Positions 50,150 to 62,100 of a stretch of 64,000 bases of DNA are shown here, piece after piece (position 1 is the stretch's first letter; every line of letters begins with the position of its first letter). The DNA is from Eledone cirrhosa (taxonomy: Eukaryota). The DNA lies in assembly GCA_964016885.1 (NCBI GenBank), contig OZ024743.1, positions 139,004,001-139,068,000 of the forward strand. The letters are read 5' to 3'. Under the pieces are notes generated by a model. The model was not told the origin of the DNA. It ran no database searches and saw nothing but the letters and a program-made list of their open reading frames with translations. The position numbers and the translations under genes are program-made.

Positions 50150-53100
50150 TTGGTGCTTATTGTTTGGTGTTTGGTGCTTGGTGCTTGGTGCTTGGCCTTT
50201 GGTGCTTGGTGTTTGCTGTTTGGTGTTTGGTGTTTGTGCTTGGTGCTTGGTGCTTGGTGTTTGGTGCTAGGTGCTTGACGCTTGGCGTTTGGTGCTTGGT
50301 GCTTGGTGCTTGGTGATTAGTGTTTGGTGCTTGGTGCTTGGGGTTTGGTGTTTGGTATTTGCTGTTTGGTGTTTGCTGTATGGTGTTTGCTGTTTTCTGT
50401 TTCGTGTTTGCTGTTTGGTGTTTGGTGCTTGGTGCTTGGTGCTTGGTGTTTCGTGCTTGGTGCTTGGTGCTTGGTGTTTGGCGTTTGCTGTTTGCTGTTT
50501 GGTGTTTGGTGTTTGCTGTTTGGTGTTTGCTGTTTGGTGTTTGGTGCTTGGTGCTTGGTGGCTGGTGTTTGGTGCTTGGTGTTTGGATTTTGGTGCTTGG
50601 TGCTTGGTGCCTGGTGTTTCGTGCTTGGTGCTTGGTGCTTGGTGTTTGGTGTTTGGTGCTTGGTGTTTGGTATTTGGTGCTTGGTGCTTGGTGCTTGGTG
50701 TTTGGTGCTTGGTGCTTGGTGCTTGGTGTTTGATGCTGCGTGCTTGGTGTTTGGTGTTTGGTGCTTGATGCTTGGTGTTTGTTGTTTGGAGCTTGGTGCC
50801 TGGTGCTTGTTGTTTGGTGCCTCGTGCTTGTTGTTTGGTGTTTGGTGCTTGGTGCTTGATGTTTGGTGCTTGGTGCTTGGTGCTTGGTGTTTGGTGCTTG
50901 GTGCTTGGTGTTTGGTGCTTGGTGCTTGGTGTTTGGTGCTTGGTGTTTGGTGCTTGGTGCTTGGTGCTTGGTGCTTGGTGTTAGGTGTTTGGTGCTTGGT
51001 GCTTTGTGTTTGATGTTTGGTCCTTGGTGCTTGGTGTTTGGTGTTTGGTGCTTGGTGCTTGGTGTTTGGTGTTTGGTGCTTGGTGTTTGGTGTTTGGTGC
51101 TTGGTGCTTGGTGTTTGGTGTTTGGTGCTTGCTGCTTGGTGCTTGGTGTTTTGTGTTTGGAGTTTGGTGTTTGGTGTTTGGTGCTTCGGTCTTGGTGCTT
51201 GGTGTTTGGTGCTTGGTGCTTGGTGTTTGGTGCTTGGTGCCTGGTACTTGTTGTTTGGTGCTTGGTGCTTGGTGTTTGATGATTGGTGCTTGGTGTTTGG
51301 TGCTTGGTGCTTGGTGCTTGGTGCTTGGTGTTAGGTGTTTGGAGCTTGGTGCTTGGTGTTTGATGTTTGGTCCTTGGTGCTTGGTGTTTGGTGTTTGGTG
51401 CTTCGTGCTTGGTGTTTGGTGTTTGGTGCTTGGTGCTTGGTGTTTGGTGCTTGCTGCTTGCTGCTTGGGTTTTGGTGCTTGGTGATTGGTGCTTGGTGTT
51501 TTGTGCTTGGTGCTAGGTGTTTGGTGTTTGGTGTTTGGTGCTTGGTGCTTGGTGCTTGGTGTTTGGTGCTGCGTGCTTGGTGTTTGGTGTCTGGAGTTTG
51601 GTGCTTGGTGCTTGGTGCCTGGTGTTTCGTGCTTGGTGCTTGGTGCTTGGTGTTTGGTGTTTGGTGCTTGGTGTTTGGTGTTTGGTACTTGGTGTTTGGT
51701 GCTTGGTGCCTGGTGCTTGGTGTTTGGTGCTTGGTGCTTGGTGTTTGGTGATTGGTGCTTGGTGTTTGGTGATTGGTGCTTGATGCTTGGTGCTTGGTGT
51801 TAGGTGTTTGTTGCTTGGTGCTTGGTGTTTGATGTTTGGTCCTTGGTGCTTGGTGTTTGGTGTTTGGTGCTTGGTGCTTGGTGTTTGGTGTTTGGTGCTT
51901 GCTGCTTGCTGCTTGGTGTTTGGTGCTTGGTGATTGGTGCTTGGTGTTTTGTGCTTGGTGCTTGGTGTTTGGTGTTTGGTGCTAGGGGCTTAGTGCTTGG
52001 TGCTTGGTGTTTGGTGCTTGGTGCTTGCTGTTTGGTGTTTGGTGCTTGGTGCGTGGGACTTAGTGTTTGGTGTTTGGTGCTTGGTGTTTGGTGCTTGGTG
52101 TTTGGGGCTTGGTGTTCGGTGCTTGGTGCTTGGTGCTTGGGGCTTGGTGTTTGTTGTTTGGTGCTTGGTGCTTGGTCTTTGGTGCTTGGTGTTTGGTGTT
52201 TGGTGCTTGGTGCTTGGTGCTTGGTTTTTGGTGCTTGGTGCTTGGTGCTTGGTGTTTGGTGCTTGGTGCTTGGTGCTTGTTGTTTGGTGCTTGGTGCTTG
52301 GTCTTTGGTGCTTGGTGTTTGGTGTTTGGTGCTTGGTGCTTGGTGTTTGGTGCTTGGTGCTAGGTGTTTAGTGTTTGGTGCTTGGTTCTTGGTGTTTGGT
52401 GATTGGTGCTTGGTGCTTGGTGCTTAGTGCTTGGTGTTTGGTGTTTGGTGCTTGGTGTTTGGTGTTTGGTGTTTGATGCTTGGTTTTTGCTGCTTGGTGC
52501 TTGGTGCCTGGTGCTTGGTGCTTGGTGCTTGTTGTTTGGTGCTTGGTGCTTGGTTATTAGTCTTTGGTGCTTGGTGCTTGGTGTTTGGTGTTTCGTGCTT
52601 CGTGTCTAGTGTTTGGGTTTTGGTGTTTGGTGTTTGCTGTATGGTGTTTGCTGTTTCGTGTTTGGTGCTTCGTGCTTGGTGCTTGGTGTTTGGTGCATGG
52701 TGCTTGGTGTTTGAGGCTTGGTGCCTGGTGCTTTGTGTTTGGTGCTAGGTGCTTGGTGCTTGGTCTTTGGTGTTTGGTGCTTGGTGCTTGGTGCTTGGTG
52801 TTTGGTGCTTGGTGCTTGGTGCTTGGTTATTAGTGTTTGGTGCTTGGTGCTTGGGGTTTGGTGTTTGGTGCTTGGTGCTTGGTGTTTGGTGTTTGCTGTA
52901 TGGTGTTTGCTGTTTCGTGTTTGGTGTTTGCTGTTTGGTGTTTAATGCTTGGTGCTTGGTGCTTGGTGTTTGGTGCTTGGTGCTTGGTGCTTGGTGCTTG
53001 GCGTTTGCTCTTTGCTTTTTGGTGTTTGGTGCTTGCTGTTTGGTGTTTGGTGTTTGGTGTTTGGTGTTTGGTGCTTGCTGTTTGGTGCTTGGTGCTTGGT

Positions 53101-56100
53101 GTTTGGTGTTTGGTGTTTGGTGCTTGGTGCTTGGTGTTTGGTGCTTGTTGCTTGGTGCTGGGTGTTTGGTGCTTGTTGCTTGGTGTTTGGTGCTTGGTGC
53201 GTGGTGCTTGGTGTTTGGTGTTTGGTGCTTGCTGCTTGGTGCTTGGTGTTTGGTGCTTGGTGCTTGGTGATTAGTGTTTGGTGCATGGTGCTTGGTGTTT
53301 GTTGTTTGGTGCTTGGTGCTTGGTGTTTGGTGCTTGGTGCTTGCTGTTTGGTGTTTGGTATTTGGTGCTTGGTGCTTGGTCTTTGGTCTTTGGTGTTTGG
53401 TGTTTGGTGCTTGGTGCTTGGTGTTTGGTGCTTGGTGTTTGGTGCTTGGTGTATGTGCTTGGTCCTTGGTGCTTGGTGCTTGGTTCTTGGTGTTTGGTGC
53501 TTGGTGTTTGGTGCTTGGTGTTTGGTGCTTGGTGCTTGGTGTTTGGTACTTGGTGCTTGGTGTTTGGTGTTTGGTGCTTGGTGTTTGGTGCTTGGTGCTT
53601 GGTGCTTGGTGTTAAGTGTTTGGTGTTTGCTGTATGGTGTTTGCTGTTTCGTGTTTGGTGTTTGCTGTTTGGTGTTTAATGCTTGGTGCTTGGTGCTTGG
53701 TGTTTGGTGCTTGGTGCTTGGTGCTTGGTGCTTGGCGTTTGCTCTTTGCTTTTTGGTGTTTGGTGCTTGCTGTTTGGTGTTTGGTGTTTGGTGTTTGGTG
53801 TTTGGTGCTTGCTGTTTGGTGCTTGGTGCTTGGTGTTTGGTGTTTGGTGTTTGGTGCTTGGTGCTTGGTGTTTGGTGCTTGGTGCTTGGTGCCGGGTGTT
53901 TGGTGCTTGTTGCTTGGTGTTTGGTGCTTGGTGCTTGATGTTTGGTGCTTGGTGTTTGGTCCTTGGTGCTTGGTGCTTGGTCTTTGGTGCTTGGGGTTTG
54001 GTGTTTGGTGCTTGGTGCTTGGTGTTTGGTGCTTGGTGCTTGGTGCTTGGTGTTTGGTGTTTGGTGCTTGCTGCTTGGTGCTTGGTGTTTGGTGCTTGGT
54101 GCTTGGTGATTAGTGTTTGTTGCATGGTGCTTGGTGTTTGTTGTTTGGTGCTTGGTGCTTGGTGTTTGGTGCTTGGTGCTTGGTGTTTGGTGTTTGGTGT
54201 TTGGTGCTTGGTGCTTGGTGTTTGGTGTTTGGTGTTTGGTGTTTGGTGCTTGGTGCTTGGTGTTTGGTGCTTGGTGTTTGGTGCTTGGTGTATGTACTTG
54301 GTGCTTGGTGCTTGGTGTTTGGTGCTTGGTTCTTGGTGTTTGGTGCTTGGTGCTTGGTGCTTGGTGTTTGGTGCTTGGTGCTTGGTGTTTGGTACTTGGT
54401 GCTTGGTGTTTGGTGTTTGGTGCTTGGTGTTTGGTGCTTGGTGCTTGGTGCTTGGTGTTAAGTGTTTGGTGCTTGGTGCTTGGTGTTTGGTGCTTCGTGC
54501 TTGGTGCTTGGTGTTTGGTGCTTGGTGCTTGGTGTTTGGTGCTTGGTGCTTGGTGTTTGGTACTTGGTGCTTGGTGTTTGGTGTTTGGTGCTTGGTGTTT
54601 GGTGCTTGGTGCTTGGTGCTTGGTATTAAGTGTTTGGTGCTTGGTGCTTGGTGTTTGGTGCTTCGTGCTTGGTGTTTGGTGTTTGGTGCTAGGAGCTTGG
54701 TGCTTGGTGTTTGGTGCTTGGTGCTTGGTGTTTGGTGCTTGGTGCTTGGGGGTGGTGTTTGGTGCTTGCTGCTTGGTGTTTGGTGCTTGGTGCTTGGTGC
54801 TTGGTGTTTGGTGTTTGGTGTTTGGTGCTTAGTGTTTGGTGCTTGGTGCTTGGTGCTGGGTGGTTGATGTTTGGTGCTTGGTGCTTGGTGTTTGGTGCTT
54901 GGTGCTTGGTGCTTATTGTTTGGTGCTTGGTGCTTGGTGCTTGGGGCTTGGCCTTTGGTGCTTGGTGTTTGCTGTTTGGTGTTTGGTGTTTGTGCTTGGT
55001 GCTTGGTGCTTGGTGTTTGGTGCTAGGTGCTTGACGCTTGGCGTTTGGTGCTTGGTGCTTGGTGCTTGGTGATTAGTGTTTGGTACTTGGTGCTTGGGGT
55101 TTGGTGTTTGGTATTTGCTGTTTGGTGTTTGCTGTATGGTGTTTGCTGTTTTGTGTTTCGTGTTTGCTGTTTGGTGTTTGGTGCTTGGTGCTTAGTGCTT
55201 GGTGTTTCGTGCTTGGTGCTTGGTGCTTGGTGTTTGGCGTTTGCTGTTTCCTGTTTGGTGTTTGGTGTTTGCTGTTTGGTGTTTGCTGTTTGGTGTTTGG
55301 TGCTTGGTGCTTGGTGGCTGGTGTTTGGTGCTTGGTGTTTGGATTTTGGTGCTTGGTGCTTGGTGCCTGGTGTTTCGTGCTTGGTGCTTGGTGCTTGGTG
55401 TTTGGTGTTTGGTGCTTGGTGTTTGGTATTTGGTGCTTGGTGCTTGGTGCTTGGTGTTTGGTGCTTGGTGCTTGGTGCTTGGTGTTTGATGCTGTGTGCT
55501 TGGTGTTTGGTGTTTGGTGCTTGATGCTTGGTGTTTGTTGTTTGGAGCTTGGTGCCTGGTGCTTGTTGTTTGGTGCCTCGTGCTTGTTGTTTGGTGTTTG
55601 GTGCTTGGTGCTTGGTGTTTGGTGCTTGGTGCTTGGTGCTTGGTGTTCGGTGCTTGGTGCTTGGTGTTTGGTGCTTGGTGCTTGGTGTTCGGTGCTTGGT
55701 GCTTGGTGCTTGGTGCTTGGTGTTAGGTGTTTGGTGCTTGGTGCTTGGTGTTTGATGTTTGGTCCTTGGTGCTTGGTGTTTGGTGTTTGGTGCTTGGTGC
55801 TTGGTGTTTGGTGTTTGGTGCTTGCTGCTTGGTGCTTGGTGTTTTGTGTTTGGAGTTTGGTGTTTGGTGTTTGGTGCTTCGGTCTTGGTGCTTGGTGTTT
55901 GGTGCTTGGTGCTTGGTGTTTGGTGCTTGGTGCCTGGTGCTTGTTGTTTGGTGCTTGGTGCTTGGTGTTTGATGATTGGTGCTTGGTGTTTGGTGCTTGG
56001 TGCTTGGTGCTTGGTGCTTGGTGTTAGGTGTTTGGTGCTTGGTGCTTGGTGTTTGATGTTTGGTCCTTGGTGCTTGGTGTTTGGTGTTTGGTGCTTGGTG

Positions 56101-59100
56101 CTTGGTGTTTGGTGTTTGGTGCTTGGTGCTTGGTGTTTGGTGCTTGCTGCTTGCTGCTTGGGTTTTGGTGCTTGGTGATTGGTGCTTGGTGTTTTGTGCT
56201 TGGTGCTTGGTGTTTGGTGTTTGGTGTTTGGTGCTTGGTGCTTGGTGCTTGGTGCTTGGTGCTTGGTGTTTGGTGCTGCGTGCTTGGTGTTTGGTGTCTG
56301 GAGTTTGGTGCTTGGTGCTTGGTGCCTGGTGTTTCGTGCTTGGTGCTTGGTGCTTGGTGTTTGGTGTTTGGTGCTTGGTGTTTGGTGTTTGGTACTTGGT
56401 GTTTGGTGCTTGGTGCCTGGTGCTTGGTGTTTGGTGTTTGGTGCTTGGTGCTTGGTGTTTGGTGATTGGTGCTTGGTGTTTGGTGATTGGTGCTTGATGC
56501 TTGGTGCTTGGTGTTAGGTGTTTGGTGCTTGGTGCTTGGTGTTTGATGTTTGGTCCTTGGTGCTTGGTGTTTGGTGTTTGGTGCTTGGTGCTTGGTGTTT
56601 GGTGTTTGGTGCTTGCTGCTTGCTGCTTGGTGTTTGGTGCTTGGTGATTGGTGCTTGGTGTTTTGTGCTTGGTGCTTGGTGTTTGGTGTTTGGTGCTAGG
56701 GGCTTAGTGCTTGGTGCTTGGTGTTTGGTGCTTGGTGCTTGCTGTTTGGTGTTTGGTGCTTGGTGCGTGGGACTTAGTGTTTGGTGTTTGGTGCTTGGTG
56801 TTTGGTGCTTGGTGTTTGGGGCTTGGTGTTCGGTGCTTGGTGCTTGGTGCTTGGGGCTTGGTGTTTGTTGTTTGGTGCTTGGTGCTTGGTCTTTGGTGCT
56901 TGGTGTTTGGTGTTTGGTGCTTGGTGCTTGGTGCTTGGTTTTTGGTGCTTGGTGCTTGGTGCTTGGTGTTTGGTGCTTGGTGCTTGGTGCTTGTTGTTTG
57001 GTGCTTGGTGCTTGGTCTTTGGTGCTTGGTGTTTGGTGTTTGGTGCTTGGTGCTTGGTGTTTGGTGCTTGGTGCCTGGTGTTTAGTGTTTGGTGCTTGGT
57101 GCTTGGTGTTTGGTGATTGGTGCTTGGTGCTTGGTGCTTAGTGCTTGGTGTTTGGTGTTTGGTGCTTGGTGTTTGGTGTTTGGTGTTTGATGCTTGGTTT
57201 TTGCTGCTTGGTGCTTCGTGTCTAGTGTTTGGGTTTTGGTGTTTGGTGTTTGCTGTATGGTGTTTGCTGTTTCGTGTTTGGTGCTTCGTGCTTGGTGCTT
57301 GGTGTTTGGTGCATGGTGCTTGGTGTTTGAGGCTTGGTGCCTGGTGCTTTGTGTTTGGTGCTAGGTGCTTGGTGCTTGGTCATTGGTGTTTGGTGCTTGG
57401 TGCTTGGTGCTTGGTGTTTGGTGCTTGGTGCTTGGTGCTTGGTTATTAGTGTTTGGTGTTTGGTGCTTGGTGCTTGGTGTTTGGTGTTTGCTGTATGGTG
57501 TTTGCTGTTTCGTGTTTGGTGTTTGGTGTTTGGTGTTTAATGCTTGGTGCTTCGTGCTTGGTGTTTGGTGCTTGGTGCTTGGTGCTTGGTGCTTGGCGTT
57601 TGCTCTTTGCTGTTTGGTGTTTGGTGCTTGCTGTTTGGTGTTTGGTGTTTGGTGTTTGGTGTTTGGTGCTTGCTGTTTGGTGCTTGGTGCTTGGTGTTTG
57701 GTGTTTGGTGTTTGGTGCTTGGTGCTTGGTGCTTGGTGCTTGATGCTTGGTGCTTGGTGTTTGGTCCTTGGTGCTTGGTGCTTGGTCTTTGGTGCTTGGG
57801 GTTTGGTGTTTGGTGCTTGGTGCTTGGTGTTTGGTGTTTCGTGCTTGGTGCTTGGTGCTTGGTGTTTGGCGTTTGCTGTTTGCTGTTTGGTGTTTGCTGT
57901 TTGCTGTTTGGTGTTTGCTGTTTGGTGTTTGGTGCTTGGTGCTTGGTGGCTGGTGTTTGGTGCTTGGTGTTTGAATTTTGGTGCTTGGTGCTTGGTGCCT
58001 GGTGTTTCGTGCTTGGGGCTTGGTGCTTGGTGTTTGGTGTTTGGTGCTTGGTGTTTGGTATTTGGTGCTTGGTGCTTGGTGCTTGGTGTTTGGTGCTTGG
58101 TGCTTGGTGCTTGGTGTTTGATGCTGCATGCTTGGTGTTTGGTGTTTGGTGCTTGGTGCTTGGTGTTTGGTGCTTGGTGCTTGGTGCTTGGTGCTTGGTG
58201 CTTGGTGCCTGGTGCTTGTTGTTTGGTGCCTCGTGCTTGTTGTTTGGTGTTTGGTGCTTGGTGCTTGGTGTTTGGTGCTTGGTGCTTGGTGCTTGGTGTT
58301 TGGTGCTTGGTGCTTGGTGCTTGGTGCTTGGTGCTTGGTGTTTGATGATTGGTGCTTGGTGTTTGGTGCTTGGTGCTTGGTGCTTGGTGCTTGGTGTTAG
58401 GTGTTTGGTGCTTGGTGCTTGGTGTTTGATGTTTGGTCCTTGGTGCTTGGTGTTTGGTGTTTGGTGCTTGGTGCTTGGTGTTTGGTGTTTGGTGCTTGGT
58501 GCTTGGTGTTTGGTGCTTGCTGCTTGCTGCTTGGGTTTTGGTGCTTGGTGATTGGTGCTTGGTGTTTTGTGCTTGGTGCTTGGTGTTTGGTGTTTGGTGT
58601 TTGGTGCTTGGTGCTTGGTGCTTGGTGCTTGGTGCTTGGTGTTTGGTGCTGCGTGCTTGGTGTTTGGTGTCTGGAGTTTGGTGCTTGGTGCTTGGTGCCT
58701 GGTGTTTCGTGCTTGGTGCTTGGTGCTTGGTGTTTGGTGTTTGGTGCTTGGTGTTTGGTGTTTGGTACTTGGTGTTTGGTGCTTGGTTTTTGGTGCTTGG
58801 TGTTTGGTGCTTGGTGCTTGGTGTTTGGTGATTGGTGCTTGGTGTTTGGTGATTGGTGCTTGATGCTTGGTGCTTGGTGTTAGGTGTTTGGTGCTTGGTG
58901 CTTGGTGTTTGATGTTTGGTCCTTGGTGCTTGGTGTTTGGTGTTTGGTGCTTGGTGCTTGGTGTTTGGTGTTTGGTGCTTGCTGCTTGCTGCTTGGTGTT
59001 TGGTGCTTGGTGATTGGTGCTTGGTGTTTTGTGCTTGGTGCTTGGTGTTTGGTGTTTGGTGCTAGGGGCTTAGTGCTTGGTGCTTGGTGTTTGGTGCTTG

Positions 59101-62100
59101 GTGCTTGCTGTTTGGTGTTTGGTGCTTGGTGCGTGGGACTTAGTGTTTGGTGTTTGGTGCTTGGTGTTTGGTGCTTGGTGTTTGGGGCTTGGTGTTCGGT
59201 GCTTGGTGCTTGGTGCTTGGGGCTTGGTGTTTGTTGTTTGGTGCTTGGTGCTTGGTCTTTGGTGCTTGGTGTTTGGTGTTTGGTGCTTGGTGCTTGGTGC
59301 TTGGTTTTTGGTGCTTGGTGCTTGGTGCTTGGTGTTTGGTGCTTGGTGCTTGGTGCTTGTTGTTTGGTGCTTGGTGCTTGGTCTTTGGTGCTTGGTGTTT
59401 GGTGTTTGGTGCTTGGTGTTTGGTGTTTGGTGTTTGATGCTTGGTTTTTGCTGCTTGGTGCTTGGTGCCTGGTGCTTGGTGCTTGGTGCTTGTTGTTTGG
59501 TGCTTGGTGCTTGGTTATTAGTCTTTGGTGCTTGGTGCTTGGTGTTTGGTGTTTCGTGCTTCGTGTCTAGTGTTTGGGTTTTGGTGTTTGGTGTTTGCTG
59601 TATGGTGTTTGCTGTTTCGTGTTTGGTGCTTCGTGCTTGGTGCTTGGTGTTTGGTGCATGGTGCTTGGTGTTTGAGGCTTGGTGCCTGGTGCTTTGTGTT
59701 TGGTGCTAGGTGCTTGGTGCTTGGTCTTTGGTGTTTGGTGCTTGGTGCTTGGTGCTTGGTGTTTGGTGCTTGGTGCTTGGTGCTTGGTTATTAGTGTTTG
59801 GTGCTTGGTGCTTGGGGTTTGGTGTTTGGTGCTTGGTGCTTGGTGTTTGGTGTTTGCTGTATGGTGTTTGCTGTTTCGTGTTTGGTGTTTGCTGTTTGGT
59901 GTTTAATGCTTGGTGCTTCGTGCTTGGTGTTTGGTGCTTGGTGCTTGGTGCTTGGTGCTTGGCGTTTGCTCTTTGCTGTTTGGTGTTTGGTGCTTGCTGT
60001 TTGGTGTTTGGTGTTTGGTGTTTGGTGTTTGGTGCTTGCTGTTTGGTGCTTGGTGCTTGGTGTTTGGTGTTTGGTGTTTGGTGCTTGGTGCTTGGTGTTT
60101 GGTGCTTGGTGCTTGGTGCTGGGTGTTTCGTGCTTGTTGCTTGGTGTTTGGTGCTTGGTGCTTGATGCTTGGTGCTTGGTGTTTGGTCCTTGGTGCTTGG
60201 TGCTTGGTCTTTGGTGCTTGGGGTTTGGTGTTTGGTGCTTGGTGCTTGGTGTTTGCTGTTTCGTGCTTGGTGCTTGGTGCTTGGTGTTTGGCGTTTGCTG
60301 TTTGCTGTTTGGTGTTTGGTGTTTGCTGTTTGGTGTTTGCTGTTTGGTGTTTGGTGCTTGGTGCTTGGTGGCTGGTGTTTGGTGCTTGGTGTTTGAATTT
60401 TGGTGCTTGGTGCTTGGTGCCTGGTGTTTCGTGCTTGGTGCTTGGTGCTTGGTGTTTGGTGTTTGGTGCTTGGTGTTTGGTATTTGGTGCTTGGTGCTTG
60501 GTGCTTGGTGTTTGGTGCTTGGTGCTTGGTGCTTGGTGTTTGATGCTGCGTGCTTGGTGTTTGGTGTTTGGTGCTTGATGCTTGGTGTTTGTTGTTTGGA
60601 GCTTGGTGCCTGGTGCTTGTTGTTTGGTGCCTCGTGCTTGTTGTTTGGTGTTTGGTGCTTGGTGCTTGGTGTTTGGTGCTTGGTGCTTGGTGCTTGGTGT
60701 TTGGTGCTTGGTGCTTGGTGCTTGGTGCTTGGTGCTTGGTGTTAGGTGTTTGGTGCTTGGTGCTTGGTGTTTGATGTTTGGTCCTTGGTGCTTGGTGTTT
60801 GGTGTTTGGTGCTTGGTGCTTGGTGTTTGGTGTTTGGTGCTTGGTGCTTGGTGCTTGGTGTTTTGTGTTTGAAGTTTGGTGCTTGGTGTTTGGTGCTTCG
60901 GTCTTGGTGCTTGGTGTTTGGTGCTTGGTGCTTGGTGTTTGGTGCTTGTTGCCTGGTGCTTGTTGTTTGGTGCTTGGTGCTTGGTGTTTGATGATTGGTG
61001 CTTGGTGTTTGGTGCTTGGTGCTTGGTGCTTGGTGTTAGGTGTTTGGTGCTTGGTGCTTGGTGTTTGATGTTTGGTCCTTGGCGCTTGGTGTTTGGTGTT
61101 TGGTGCTTGGTGCTTGGTGTTTGGTGTTTGGTGCTTGGTGCTTGGTGTTTGGTGCTTGCTGCTTGCTGCTTGGGTTTTGGTGCTTGGTGATTGGTGCTTG
61201 GTGTTTTGTGCTTGGTGCTTGGTGTTTGGTGTTTGGTGTTTGGTGCTTGGTGCTTGGTGCTTGGTGCTTGGTGCTTGGTGTTTGGTGCTGCGTGCTTGGT
61301 GTTTGGTGTCTGGAGTTTGGTGCTTGGTGCTTGGTGCCTGGTGTTTCGTGCTTGGTGCTTGGTGCTTGGTGTTTGGTGTTTGGTGCTTGGTGTTTGGTGT
61401 TTGGTACTTGGTGTTTGGTGCTTGGTGCCTGGTGCTTGGTGTTTGGTGCTTGGTGCTTGGTGTTTGGTGATTGGTGCTTGGTGTTTGGTGATTGGTGCTT
61501 GATGCTTGGTGCTTGGTGTTAGGTGTTTGGTGCTTGGTGCTTGGTGTTTGATGTTTGGTCCTTGGTGCTTGGTGTTTGGTGTTTGGTGCTTGGTGCTTGG
61601 TGTTTGGTGTTTGGTGCTTGCTGCTTGCTGCTTGGTGTTTGGTGCTTGGTGATTGGTGCTTGGTGTTTTGTGCTTGGTGCTTGGTGTTTGGTGTTTGGTG
61701 CTAGGGGCTTAGTGCTTGGTGCTTGGTGTTTGGTGCTTGGTGCTTGCTGTTTGGTGTTTGGTGCTTGGTGCGTGGGACTTAGTGTTTGGTGTTTGGTGCT
61801 TGGTGTTTGGTGCTTGGTGTTTGGGGCTTGGTGTTCGGTGCTTGGTGCTTGGTGCTTGGGGCTTGGTGTTTGTTGTTTGGTGCTTGGTGCTTGGTCTTTG
61901 GTGGTTGGTGTTTGCTGTTTGGTGCTTGGTGCTTGGTGCTTGGTTTTTGGTGCTTGGTGCTTGGTGCTTGGTGTTTGGTGCTTGGTGCTTGGTGCTAGTT
62001 GTTTGGTGCTTGGTGCTTGGTCTTTGGTGCTTGGTGTTTGGTGTTTGGTGCTTGGAGCTTGGTGTTTGGTGCTTGGTGCCTGGTGTTTAGTGTTTGGTGC

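Noticed and set aside
50555-50575. Chi-like site near GGTGGCTGGTG
   Set aside because: It reads GCTGGTGT, not GCTGGTGG, and the similarity is expected from G/T composition.
54744-54760. G-run TTGGGGGTGGTG as a possible insertion or junction
   Set aside because: It is explained by one substituted unit plus a 6-nt unit, with no foreign sequence or target-site duplication.
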